Positions 12,703 to 25,647 of a stretch of DNA of 64,000 nt are shown in pieces. A program made the translations under genes and the position numbers. The DNA is from Octopus sinensis (Eukaryota): contig NC_043002.1 in the NCBI RefSeq assembly GCF_006345805.1, forward strand, positions 73,036,001-73,100,000, in the 5' to 3' direction. Every line of letters starts with the position of its first letter. The stretch's first letter is position 1. A model generated the notes under the pieces. It saw only the letters and a program-made list of their open reading frames with translations. It was not told where the DNA came from and ran no database searches.

Positions 12703-13450
12703 TGAAGGCTAGGCTGAAACATTCATAGGCTGACTATGAAGGAATGATGTTAGAGCTGTGAAATCTTGTAAGCATTAATTTCAGTGCTTTTTATTGATAA
12801 CAGTATTTGTCTCTTTCCAAGTAAATTTGACATCTGACTGTTCAAAGAAGACTTCAAAAGTACCGTAAATCCTCAAGTATAATCCGCATTTTTTCCCCAA
12901 AAATTTAAAGGTCAAAATCCCTAATGCGTATTATATATGAGATTAAAAATGAAAAATATTTTCTAAGCAATGTCCGAGTCTCTATTTGCTGTCCAGCAAT
13001 GTTTATTCAGACACATTTTGTGGTGTCGGATGTGAAAATACCTTAAGCTAAGTCTGAAAGCAATGAAGTCATAAAAGAATCATCTATAACTTGCAGTAAG
13101 CAACATTTATTAAAATAAAAGTATTCAGAACACAGAATAAACATGTAACAAAAACAATTTGCAAACATATTTACATTCCCATACAACAGTTAAGAACATC
13201 ACCATTATTGTATTACGCATGCGCAGAAGTGTTTGTTCGACTAGGTGCTGTTGGCTTAATTACGCATGACTCAAGTTAAAGAATGGGTGCGTATTATACA
13301 CAAGGTTTAGGTTTTTCAGAGGTATAGCCCCCTTAAAAATCCCCAGTGTATTATACTCAAGGGCGGACTATACTCAAGGATTTATGGTAACCTGATTTGG
13401 TCATATTCCATGAGACTATCTAAGTCTGGGAACTTCTCAGCCAACCCTCG
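12703..13450. mobile_element. mariner-type MITE, interrupted by a Tc2-like MITE
   Basis: Degenerate TIRs GAAGGCTAGGCTGAAACATTC / CGAGGGTTGGCTGAGAAGTTC, TA at right flank. Confidence 0.5.
12863..13387. mobile_element. Tc2/pogo-like MITE
   Basis: TA TSD; TIRs CCGTAAATCCTCAAGTATAATCCGC / CCATAAATCCTTGAGTATAGTCCGC; subterminal GTATTATA repeats. Confidence 0.85.
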
Positions 13451-13929
13451 TACATCTGTTCACTTTAAGCATCTTTTCAACAGTTGTGAAAGAGAGATCG
13501 ACTAACCATTAACCCTGAGGTATTCTGTTCTCTCCCCCCACCCTTCCCCCACTGTATCTTTTTGTGTGGTTGGTAAAGAATGCTCAGTGAGCTGGAAAGC
13601 ATGATAATTTTCTTTCTTTTTTTTTTTTTTAACTTCATATCACAAAGGAAATGTTGGATTTCTGTAATTTAGAAAAACAAACCCCTATTAATCATTATGA
13701 TTTTAAATGTAATCATTTCATTTCCCTATTTAAACTGGAATTAACTGAAAGATATCTTTGATCCCATCGTTTAATCTCCATTCATTTCTTTTTCTAGACA
13801 TTTCTTTTACATCATTTAATTTGTCTTTGTGGTTTCTTTAGGAGTATTTCAGCCAATGCATATTGAAACTTCTATTAAAGCAAGAACAACTGCAGATTCA
13901 CTTTTGTGTTTGCTGCTGCTACACACTGT

Positions 13930-14035
13930 GGTAGTAGTAGTAGTCGTAATAGTAGTTGTTGTCATCAGTAATAGCTGTAGTCATAGTAGTAGTAGTAATA
14001 GTAGTAGTAGCAGCAGCAGCAGCAGCAGTAGTAGT

Positions 14036-14070
<35 letters not shown>

Positions 14071-14086
14071 CAGCAGTAGTAGTCAG
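13930..14086. repeat. (AGT)n/(AGC)n trinucleotide tract
   Basis: Seen directly; explains the poly-Ser ORF. Confidence 0.9.
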
Positions 14087-14406
14087 CATACGTTAATATT
14101 AAACCTATCTGCAAGCAGTGGAAGAAGCAGATTTTTCTCACAAGGAAATTCTATGGTTTCGAGTATTAGCGAGTATTAGATATGGGGTTTTCGCCATTTC
14201 ACACAGTCTTACTCCCTTGAGATCAATATAATAGATAGGTCACATTGTGAGGTCTGGCATTAAACTGATAAGGAAAACCTGCTCCCTCTTTCTAGACATC
14301 AAGTAAATTCAATATTCTCATGCTCTTTATCATTTTACTTTCAATATACGTATGTATGTATATATATATGTGTGTGTGTGTGTATGTATATATATACACA
14401 CATATA

Positions 14407-15271
14407 CAGGGTGTGATGGGTAAATTGTCACCATTTTATATTTTTAATTTTGTGCATGAATGTTGTTTGTTTTTGATTTTGTCAACTACACAGTATAGTA
14501 GGGTCAGTTGGGCACTGTCTGTGAGAAAAACAGCACCATGACGCACTTCACTCTGCTAGAAATTCAGAAATGATATGCTGTACTGCTTGGCATTTACGCC
14601 AGAAGCTTCAGTATGAACATTTCAGAGTATTTGGGTGTCAGTCTGAGGACATATACCAAGAGTGATAAAAATCAAACACCCAGTCAACATCATGGTGTTT
14701 GGAGTGATCCCAAGTGATGGCAACATTATGCCTCCATTCATCTTCCTACATGGCCTCAGACTGAACATGGAGGCCTACATCAAGTGCCTGGAGGAGGTAA
14801 TGCTGCCTTGGATCAAGAGAGTAGCTGCTGGGAGACCCTATGCCTGGCAGTAGGACTCTGCAGCATGCCACACACGCAGGAGAACCCAGTCATGGCTGTT
14901 AGACAATTTCTGTGACCACATCTCCCCTAACATCTGGCCACCTGACTCCCCAGACTGCAACCCCCTTGATAATTATCTCTAGGGCACAGTTGAGCAAGAG
15001 ACCAGCTTGTAACACCATAGATGAACTGAAGGCAAGGATTATGGCAGCATTCACCAACTTAAAGAAGGAAACTGTCCAGAAGAGTTGCAGGAGATTCCGA
15101 AGTCATCTGGAAACCTTGGTTGAAGCGAATGGCGATTTTATTGAATAAATTTACTCTTAAGTATTTGAAGATATTTTTATGTAATTTTGGTAAATATATC
15201 TGTTAAAATGAGATGTCAATGTTATTTCCAATTTTGCACAATTTAGACGAGAGTTTATTCACGGCACCCTG
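14407..15271 (+). mobile_element. Defective Tc1/mariner DD37D (maT) transposon
   Basis: CAGGGTG termini; reading through TAG at 14851 gives VMLPWIKRVAAGRPYAWQ*DSAACH...WPPDSPDCNPLD with exactly 37 residues between the second and third Asp; N-terminal half mostly deleted, with stops and frameshifts. Confidence 0.9.
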
Positions 15272-15314
15272 TGAATATATATATATACAGGGTGCATATA
15301 TCTGTGTGTGTATG

Positions 15315-16800
15315 TGTTGTGATGAGAGTCACGATGCCCCCTTACGAGAAATAGATTGGACCGAGCAATTATAAATGGTAGTGGTCTGAGTGAAATTTGT
15401 GTGTTAGTTTGAGTTGAGTTCATAGTGAAGCTGGAAGGTTAGTTCATTTGGAATATTGATTGTTAGTTTGTGAAGAGATTGTTGGATCATTGTATTGTTA
15501 TCATGGTTGCATCGTTATCTTGTTTATTGTTACTACACTGGTACAGTGTCTCTAAACCATCCATCACAATATCGTGGTGGTACCATGATATTTGTAGACA
15601 GAGGATACATCTGGTGATGAGGGTTTTGAAGCTCATGTTGGTTATTTAACAATTTGTTCATGATACAATTGTTACATGATGAAAAGCCTATTAGCTTCTA
15701 TAATACAGTTGCAGAAGCAACAACAAGAACAGCAACAGGAGTTACAGAAACAACTAGTACAGTAACAACTACAATTATTGGAGCTATACACAAAGAAGTC
15801 CAAAAATGTGGTAAGTTTGTTTTCGCCAGACGGTACATTGAACTTCATTACAGAATTCAGTTATAACCCAGAGGAGAGTATAACTTTTGCAGCATACTAC
15901 AGTAGGTATGAGGAGATTTTTTTAAGGAAGATTGCAAAACATGGTCAAATGAAGAAAAAGTAAGGTTATTATTATGTAAATTAGCTCTGTCTGGGTATGA
16001 ACAATACTGTAATTTCATATTTCCCAAAAAGTCTAGTGAAATTTGTTTTCAGGAAACAATCAAATTATTGGCTAACATGTTCGGTGATAAAACTTCTCTA
16101 TTTAACACTTGAATGGAGTGTTGGAATTTAACTAAAAAAGAGGATGATGACTTTATTACGTATGCAGGAACAGTCAACAGAATGTGTGAAAGTTTTAAAC
16201 TTAAAGAACTTATTCCTGAGATGTTTTAGTGCCTCATTTTTGTACAAGGCCCTACAGCAAATGAAGATACAGAAATATGGGCAAGAATTCTTTCAAAACT
16301 TGAACAAGTGAACCGAGATTTAACTCTGCAGACTTACAGAAGAGTGTCAAAGGATGGTGAACCTGAAACATGACGTAAGAAAAATTCAAGGAAAGGATTT
16401 TGCGAAAATACAGATATATCGACCAAGAAAGTGTAACCAAAGAAGATTGCTAGGTCCTAATCTATGTTACAGAAGTGGTGGCCTACATTTCAGAAAAGAT
16501 TGTCCTTTTAAAAGGACAGTTGTCAAAAATTTGAACACAAGAGTTCACACTGCAGAACAAAAGTACGAGGTTCAAATATAAAAAATTCTGAAGTGCTCTC
16601 AGCAGAAAGTAAAATTAACTCCCAAATAAGGAAATTTGTACATGTAAAAGTAAATGGAGTAAATATCAAATTAGAACTGGATACTGGTAGAGACATTTCA
16701 ATCATTAACACTGACATGTGGAAGAAAATAGGGAAACCTATGTTAAGAAAAACTGCGAAAACCTGCGTGTGGTGTGATGGGTGACAAACTACACTTTGTA
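15315..16800 (+). mobile_element. Truncated Gypsy (Mag-like) LTR retrotransposon: probable 5' LTR, PBS, decayed gag and protease
   Basis: TGT...ACA 15315-15609, then TGGTGATGAGG (CpG-decayed TGGCGACGAGG); gag-like FSYNPEESITFAAYYSRYEEIF, Zn-knuckle remnant CYRSGGLHFRKDC, aspartic protease VNGVNIKLELDTGRDISII; multiple stops and frameshifts; no RT. Confidence 0.85.
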
Positions 16801-17120
16801 AGCAAAGTGTAGTCTGAATGCTAAAGGATAATCTGAATGCTAAAGGGTTCCAGGATTGAATATCATTGTCCAGGAGGAAAACAAGACTAGGGTAATGTGT
16901 TCCAGGGGGCAACAGTTCACGGAAAGAAGCTATTAGAATAAAGGGACTTAGGGGTAATGGGAAGCTCAACAGAGAAACAATGCATATTTGGGAAGAGTAA
17001 CAAGGTAATTTTTTTTATTTTAGGGTAGGAAAAGAGTTGGTAACATTGATCCCAGTGCTCAACCTTGAAAGGAAGAAGGACAAAGTTGATCTCAGCAGAA
17101 TTTGAGCAATAATAATAAAT

Positions 17121-17487
17121 AACAAGAACTCTCAGAGAGCACAAACCTCTGCCAAGGCAACACCAACATCCTCTAAATGATTAGCCTGAGATGATTTTTA
17201 AAATGAGAATATCTGAAATAAACTTGACTACTGTCACAAATGAGAATACTAAAAATGAACCAGACTGCTCTCAAAAATTAATTTTTTAAAAACAGGAGAA
17301 ATAATCCAGACTCCTTGTCCGGTACCAGATCAATCCCAAAATCTAATCAGTCCATGTCAGTCATGAGGTCAAACAGCCCTGAAAGTTTCATCCGAATCCA
17401 TCCAGCGGTTCTTGAGATATTTTGTCCACAGACAAACAAACACAACTGAAAACAATATCTCTGCCTTCGCTAAGGCAGAGGTAATAA
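17121..17487 (-). mobile_element. Helentron-associated non-autonomous element (HINE), full length
   Basis: 5' TTATTACCTCTGCCTT-AGCG-AAGGCAGAG hairpin, 3' subterminal inverted GGCAGAGGT and terminal CTCTC-T-GAGAG hairpin. Confidence 0.8.
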
Positions 17488-17645
17488 TTGACAAGTATCA
17501 CCCACATGCTTAGAAAAAACTCTAAATGTTTGTGTTGTGTTGTATTATATAAATGTATTTTTGTACTGCCCTCCCCACTTTCATCCTAGTGTGCTAGGTG
17601 TGACCCAGCAAGTGATTGTATCTAATACACACATTAATAATAATG

Positions 17646-17676
<31 letters not shown>

Positions 17677-18183
17677 ATTGTAGTATTGAGAGTACACATT
17701 TTCTAGTATCATTCTCTTTTCTGTGAAGGAGATTAATCCATTGGCAAGGACGGCCCAAGATGGCTGGCACCTCCTCTCAGCAGCAGAAGCCTTTCAGAAA
17801 TCCACTGTGTTAGAAACCACCTTAAAACTATTTACCACAGTTTATTATCTACAAGGCACCAGTGTAAATAGGTTCCCCTCTCATTATAGCTAGGGAGCTT
17901 CTTCTCTACCCCTCTTCTAGTCATGTTCTGACTAGAACTAGGCTTCAGTGTGCTTGTTCACTATCTCAAGTTTTTCTATGTCCCTGCATATTATTGCTAG
18001 ATAGTTGTTAACACAGTGGTGGGTTTGTAGCAAAGCCCCATCACTAAGCTAGCCTGATGGAGGTGCCAACGTAGTCGGCAATGACCTGACAATGTATATA
18101 TAAGTCTTTGTTGATTCACCAGAAGCGATCAATTACAGGACTCAATACAAATGTAAAGTATTTTTTAATACATTATACATGAA

Positions 18184-18365
18184 AGGCTCCGATTCCCAGT
18201 GCTCAGAGTTACTCATTTCTGATCATTAGCTGGTAAACCAAACCTGGTTTCCTTTCAAATATTCAAAAAAATATCCAGACACTGAATATTTCAAAAGAAA
18301 ACCAGGCTCAGTTTACCAACTAATGATTGGAGATGATCAACTTGGTGTACTAGAAATTGGAACCT
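18184..18365. mobile_element. Palindromic MITE (Kolobok/T2-like AGG...CCT ends)
   Basis: About 83-bp imperfect inverted arms with a 17-nt spacer; flanks TGAA / TTTA resemble TTAA. Confidence 0.6.
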
Positions 18366-18409
18366 TTTAGTAATAATATACATAAAGTAGCCAATGTTGA
18401 TGTCACATA

Positions 18410-19110
18410 ACTAGCACCTGTGCCGGTGGGACATAAAAAGTACTGTTCGAGTGCTGGGTATATATATATATATATGAAGACCCGGCAAGCCAAGTGAGAC
18501 CATAACCCGTGGCCTATGCCAGAGTAGTAACCACACTTATACGTACTTTTCCTTCATTAGACTAAACTCTGCTTGTGAAGAGCTGTTGAGGCAAGTGAAA
18601 TCGAAATCAAAATCAAATTTGATGTCAGCACCACATGAAGGGCATCCATGCAAGTGGAGCACTAAGAGCACCATCTGAGCGTGATCGTTGCCAGGGCCAC
18701 TGACTGGCTCTCATGCCAATGGCACATAAAAAGCACCATTCAAGCGTGATCGGTACCAGCATCACCTAACTGGCACTTGTGCCGGTGGCATGTGAAAAAC
18801 AATATTCAACCGAGGCCATTGCCAGTGCCGTTGGACTGGCCACCTGTGCAGGTGGCACGTAACAAACACCATTTGAGTGTGGTCATTGCCAGTACTGCCT
18901 GACTGGCCCTCATGCCAGTGGCACATTAAAGCACCCACTACACTCTCGGAGTGGTTGGCGTTAGGAAGGGCATCCAGCTGTAGAAACTCTACCAGATCAG
19001 ATTGGAGCCTGGTGCAGCCGCTGGCTTGCCAGTCCTCACTCAAATTGTCCAACCCATGTCAGCATACAAAAGCGGATGTTAAACGATGATGATGATGATG
19101 ATGAAGATGA
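18410..19110 (+). mobile_element. SINE family E with internal ~66-bp minisatellite
   Basis: About 4.5 units at 18641-18940, then GGAAGGGCATCCAGCTGTAGAAA and (GAT)n tail; unrelated segment at about 18454-18625. Confidence 0.8.
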
Positions 19111-19332
19111 TATATATATATATGCATATGTATATGTTTGTGTGTCTGTGTTCGTCCTCCCTGCCATCATGTGATGTTGGTTTGTTTACATCCCTAGCAG
19201 TTCGGCAAAAGAGACCAATAGAATAATAACTAGGCTTACAAAGAATAAGTCCTGGGGTCGATTTGTTCGACTAAAGGCAGTGCTCCGGCACGGCCGCAGT
19301 CAAATGACTGAAACAAATAAAAGAATAAAAGA
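19111..19332 (+). mobile_element. SINE family A, 3' half only
   Basis: Microsatellite plus A tail, no head. Confidence 0.75.
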
Positions 19333-19349
19333 ATATATATGTGTGTGTG

Positions 19350-19393
<44 letters not shown>

Positions 19394-20937
19394 TTGCAAG
19401 GTCATACTGTCTTGTGTTATTTTATTGTTGAGGTTGAAGTGTATTATGTTGTGTTTCGTGTCATAATTTGCTATTAATGTGATTTCAGTAACCAATATTT
19501 TGGGTTATTAATCTCTGTAAAATATCATTAAATACTGTTTTGTGTCATATGATTTTCATGTGTTGCAATGGCTTTCTTGTTGTTAATATGTTGTTAATCA
19601 ACAAAAATGTCTGGCACCTATATTTCAAAAGGTAGCAGCTAAAGTCGTGGTTGTTTATAACTTTCATGTATTACATTTAAGTTTTCGATTTGCATTAGTC
19701 ATTTCACATTTATTGCATGCAAGGTTTGTAATTAGTTATGGATGATAATACGAAAATCTTTTGTGCTTTTGTAACATTTTATGAAAGTTTAGTTTATGTT
19801 TATACGTTGTGGGTGTTGCAATTGTTGTTTCGCCCCAGGTTGGTCTAGATCCAGTTGGCTTGCTCTAATCGAAGATGTTTCAGCTGTGATCATTGCCCCC
19901 ACTTGATGTTTTTTTTTAGTGCTATCTTTCACTTCTCTGAACATAATGCCTTGGACAGTGGGTGAAGCAGTTGGCATCATCTCCCCACCAGACAGCTTCA
20001 CTGGGCTTCCACGCCAGGTGCCAAGTGGTATACTTGAGTACAACGAGTAAGGTTGATGATGGGACTGCCCCACAGTAACAGCTCTCTTGCTAGCTGATGC
20101 CCAGCCATTGTCTGTTGGTGCAGATCTACCATTTGGCCACAATAACCTTCAAGCTATTCGTCTAGGACTCCTCCTCCTTGTTGGTTATCCAGTGTCCTGC
20201 TGCTGACATCTTTACCATATCTCTAACATGGGAGGCTAAGGGGTTGCTAGAACTTTCCCAAGTTGCCACCCCAGTCTACAGACTGAAGGGGTGATTTACT
20301 TTCCTTAATGTTCTAAAACGATTTAGTGTGTCTTAAAGGAGATTTAGTTGTTATATCTAACAAGTTGTGTGACCATGTAGAGGTTTCCTTTTCTTTTTTC
20401 TTTCTTCTATTTTTGTTTCCAACAGTGTCTTGGTTGATTTTTTTTTTTTTTTTTTTACTGGTTAAAGTCATAGGACTATAGTCATGCTGGGGAATTGCGT
20501 TTTTAGGGTTCAGTCAGTCATAATGACCCCAATATTTCATTCTGATATTTATTTTATTATATCACTAAGTCACACATCTGGACAGGACACTAGTTGTATA
20601 CAGGTAAAAATTAGCATAGATGTATGTGTAAACATGTGTGTATTGCATGTGTGTGCATTTTGTGTATGTATGTACATAATGGAATTTTATACAGTTTCCA
20701 TTTACTATTGCATTATCTAATATCTACCGTTTTGTTCAAGCTGGTGATATGATATTTGTTGCTATTTTTATCAAATCAAGCTATCATGTTGAGGCTATCT
20801 AGTTGACATGGTTCAAACTAATCTGGGTATTTAAGTAGAGAACACATTTATTTTACCATTTTTCTCTTTTTTTCCAGTTCGTCAACTTACGTGTCCGTCA
20901 AAATAAATGTTGACCATGTAGAATATTGTACAAGCCC

Positions 20938-20971
<34 letters not shown>

Positions 20972-21199
20972 AGTGAAAGATCTAAGCATTGGTGAAAATG
21001 CTGAAAAATTATTTGTATTCAAACAAAAACACTGTATTGATATCTACTCTGCCCGAGTTGCACAGACACTCCCTTGTCACTCTCAGCATTATAAATGCTG
21101 TGACTCAGTGATTGGCTTGTTAGGAACCTATAACCAACAATGCTATTAATCACAGCATACATAATACAAAATATAAAAACGTAAGTTAACATTGAACAT

Positions 21200-21420
21200 C
21201 TAATGGACTGTACCAAATTTGTTCCTAGTCTTATCACTGCAGAGCTTCTGCATCCACTGCTCACATTTCACTACCATTAACATTCTTACACACATCTTTG
21301 TACAGTAAAGTATGATCCTTTGGTGCCTGTAAGACTAGTAGCTCCCTAACATTCTTCCATTCCTTTTGAACCCTAGCTATCTTGTTGCTACAAGCCCTAC
21401 TTCCACAACTATCTTTCTCA
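21200..21420 (-). mobile_element. RTE LINE fragment (region downstream of RT)
   Basis: CSNKIARVQKEWKNVRELL...LY...NGSE resembles RTE 'ARVRIGWKKFRELL...LHGSETW'. Confidence 0.55.
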
Positions 21421-21528
21421 AACAGCAAATGTATGTGTGTGTGAACATGTATGAGTGTTTGTATGGATATACATGTGTGTGAGTATATTGTGCATAAACA
21501 TACGGATAGGTAAGCATGTATGTATAAA

Positions 21529-21563
<35 letters not shown>

Positions 21564-22214
21564 GTGTGTATGTGTGTGTGTGTGTGTGTGTGTATGTAAG
21601 TAGATAACTAACATGATGTTGTTCTATGGGGTTATATTTCCAACTGCTCTTTTCATTCATTGCTCAAATATCAAATATACTTCAGTTCATATTTCATTAT
21701 TATGTCTCTGTTCATGTTTATATATATGTGCACTTGTGAATGTATGTCTGTGTATCGTGTATATAGGTATATGTGTATATATGAAAGAGAGACAGAGAGA
21801 TCTAGTTAAGATTACATTCCGAAGAACGCAAACTGCATATGTTACTTATTTTGTGCTCCCTTCTTCAAAATTCTTTTTTGTATTTGTGAAATGCTTTCAG
21901 ATATTTTTTAATAATAGATCGACGACAAACATCAAACAGTACCAATACTAATTATAGCGTATCATAACACAAATATAACATAAAATAAGACATAACAATG
22001 TCATTGAGCGTTCTATTTTAATAACATATTTTGGAATGGTAACAGAGTAGAAAGGTGAAGGTTGATAGTTGATAGGGCAACATCTTTACTACTAAACAAA
22101 CAAACAAACCTGGATGGGTTAAAAGAACTGTGCAGGCTGGCAGGGTGTATTAGATTGACATAAGGTGTAACAGAAACAGAGAGCAAGATAGAGTAAACAG
22201 AAAGTGTTGGATAC

Positions 22215-22365
22215 TAATTTGGTCGACTTTGCCTTTCATCCTTTCGGAATCGATAAATTAAGTACCAGTTGAACACTGGGGTTGATGTAACCAACTCATC
22301 CCCTCCCCCAAAATTGCTGCCCTTGTGGAAAAAATTTGAAACTATTATTATTATTATTATTATTA

Positions 22366-22463
<98 letters not shown>

Positions 22464-23125
22464 TATGGTATTTCATCCATGTTTACGTCCTGAATTCAAA
22501 TTCTATTGGGATCGACTTTGCCTTTCATCCTCTCAGGGTCAATAAATTAAGTACCAGTGAAACACTGGGGTTGATGTAATTGACTATTCCCCTCCCCCAA
22601 ATTTTAGGCCTTGTGCCTGTAGTAGAAAGGATTATAATTATTATTGTTATTATTTAAGGCAGCAAGCTGGCAGAATCATTAGCACACCGGGAAAAGTGCT
22701 TAGTGGCATTTTTGTCCCATCCTTAAATTCTGATTTCAAATTTCAGTGTGGTCAGCTTTGCCTTTCATCCTTTAGGGTTGATTAAAATAAGTACACATCA
22801 GCCTGCAGTTGATGTAATTGACTTAAACTGAAATTGCTGGCCTTGTCACAAAATTTAAAACCATAATTGTTATTATTATAATTGTCATTATTGAGGTGGA
22901 TCTAAAGTTGTGAGCTGGCAAGTCATTAGTACACTGGGCAAAATGCTTAGCAGCATTTCATTTGTCTTTATGTTCTGAGTTCAAATTTGCCTATTATCCT
23001 CTTGGGGTTAAATTAAGTACCAATCAGGTGCTTGGGGTTGATGTAATTGACTATCCCATCCCCCAAAATTTCAGGCCTTGTGCCTATAGTAGAAAATATT
23101 ATTAAGGTGGAACTGGCAGAATTGT
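22215..23125 (+). mobile_element. Head-to-tail cluster of 4-5 SINE family B copies
   Basis: Core repeated at about 22225, 22515, 22755 and 22985, with ATT spacers and a final head stub at about 23105. Confidence 0.8.
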
Positions 23126-23231
23126 TTAATGCCTTTTCTGAAATGAACTGGCAGTCATACTAATGTATGATTTTACCATGTCATTAGTTCTACAATATCC
23201 TAATATGATCACAATGGGTATTCAATGGGAT

Positions 23232-23649
23232 ACTCTTTACTGTTACTCTCTTTTACTTGTTTCAGTCATTTGACTGCGGCCATGTTGGAGCACCACCTTT
23301 AGTCAAGCAATTCGACCCCGAGACTTATTCTTTGTAAGCCCAGTACTTATTCTATCGGTCTCTTTTGCCGAACCGCTAAGTGACGGGGGCGTAAACACAC
23401 CAGCATCGGTTGTCAAGCAATGCTAGGGGGACAAACACAGACACACAAACATATACACACACACTTATATATATATACATATATACGACAGGCTTCTTTC
23501 AGTTTTCGTCTAGCAAATCCACTCACAAGGCATTGGTCGGCCCGGGGCTATAGCAGAAGACACCTGCCCAAGATGCCACGCAGTGGGACTGAACCCGGAA
23601 CCATGTGGTTGGTTAGCAAGCTACTTACCACACAGCCACTCCTGCGCCT
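23232..23649 (-). mobile_element. SINE family A, full length, CpG-rich (young)
   Basis: All modules present with many retained CpGs. Confidence 0.9.
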
Positions 23650-24574
23650 CTGTGTATGAATAAATTGTATTGTGGTTAGAATTATTCTCATATAATTTAG
23701 ATCTATTTTGTATTGTCTAAAAATTATCATATGTTAGTTGTAGCAAAATATGAAACTTTAATGAAGTATCTGTAAATGAATTTTTGACATTTGTAACAAG
23801 GTGGAAAATGCATTTTTAACAGTGCGGAAAATGTTTTATCTATGAATGTTGTTACTTGTTGGTTGTATGGAGGATTATACCAGATAACTCTGCATTTTCT
23901 GTTAATATTTCTAGCTGGGTTATTGTTAATTTTACCAATATAACTAATTTTGAGTGAATCTGCTTTTACAGAGCATCATTAGAAGTTGCTTTGATTTTGC
24001 AAGCTATTCATGTTGATCTAACAAGTTTGATCTTTGATCATTAACTGATGTAAAAATTACTGTTTAATTATTAGAGTATTTTACTTTGTGTGATTTCATC
24101 TCTCTAAGGAATAAAAACTATGGCATGACATAAGACAATATTGATTCACAATTTTATGAATTAACCTTTTTATTTATTAATTCAAATAGCCACCATGTTA
24201 AATATCAAAAACTTGTCTCTATTATTATTTACATATTCATATATATGTTTATTTAATTACTTATCTATTTTTTATATTTTTTGTGATTTCTTTCTTTATT
24301 CTATTCATTTCAACATACATATTTTTTTTCATATATATTTCAACTTTTATTGACCTTATTTGAAATTTTGTCTTTGTGCCGCCTACTTAAATAACTTTCT
24401 TCAATTCCAGTGCTCTCACGAAAAAAAAATTATATGTATGTTTTGTGCCTGTTTATGTATGTTTTGTGTGTGTGTAAATATACCATCACCATTATCTGCA
24501 ACTGCCAACTGTTGGAATGTGTGCAGATGGTTTTATTGAGTTCTCGGGATATACTTTTAATTTTGTCAGTAGGA

Positions 24575-24916
24575 CAGCATTTCTCAACTGGGGTTCCCTG
24601 GAACCCTAGGTTTCCACAAAAGGTTCCTAAGGGTTCTCTGAGAAAGAATGAGATAAGCTAATGCTAATTTCATGATCATAATATTACTATACATGCATAA
24701 CGTATTATTGGTTATTTAATATTGTAATATAGATATCATCCTATTTAACCTATTATGTTGTCAAAAATATAACAACCACTTATATATATAAATGATATTT
24801 ACCATGTGAACTACGATGAAAAAATGTGAGAAAGAGATGGTATATAATTTTTTTTTGTGTAGGGGTTCCTTGAGATATGTAATTTATTTTAAGGATAAAA
24901 AGGTTGAGAAAAACTG
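24575..24916. mobile_element. hAT (Charlie/Buster-like) MITE
   Basis: CAGCATTTCTCAAC / GTTGAGAAAAACTG ends, 8-bp TSD CAGTAGGA / CAGTAGGG; homologous to 57631-58072. Confidence 0.85.
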
Positions 24917-25647
24917 CAGTAGGGTCTCCTTCCTATCCTTTCTGATAATGTAGACACTTAGTGGACACCCACAAGCCTCTCAAAGAACAGTATAGTCAGT
25001 TATTTTGAGAGAAAGAGAGAAACAGAAAGAGAAATTGACTTTGAACTCAACTGATACTTTATTTATTGACCTCTGAAGGATGAAAGGCTAAGTTGACATT
25101 GGCAGGACTGGAACTCAGAACACAGAAAGACAGAACAAATAACACCAGGCATTCTGTCATCTGATACACTAAGAACTCTGTCAGCTTACTCCTGATGTAA
25201 ATACACATGCATGCATGCACGCGTGCACACACACACAAACACACATGCACACACACACACACTGACACACACACTCACATACATGCACACACACACACAA
25301 AATGCTGAAAAGATATATTGTATTTTATGCTTCCTAAAACATACGTGTTTCAGTAACTTATATATACATATGTATGTATGTATGTATGTAGTATGTATGT
25401 ATGTATGTATGTATGTATGTATGTATGTATGTATGTATGTATTTATGTATCAGAGAAAGAGATACACACACAAGCACACAAATTATATATATACACACAC
25501 TCACGCATACAGACATATATATATATATATTATATATATATATATATATATGTGTGTGTATATATATATATTATATATATATATATATATAATATATATA
25601 TATATATATACACATACACACACACATATAGACATACATACATATAT

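Noticed and set aside
13829-14179. Signal-peptide-like poly-Ser ORF
   Set aside because: Trinucleotide repeat translation with no domain similarity
18641-18940. CRISPR-like array of palindromic repeats
   Set aside because: Whole units are homologous with no unique spacers, no cas genes, and they lie inside a eukaryotic SINE
19940-20290. GC-richer block, possible RTE 5' UTR or exon (similar at 58250-58450)
   Set aside because: No recognisable protein motif or splice-site pair
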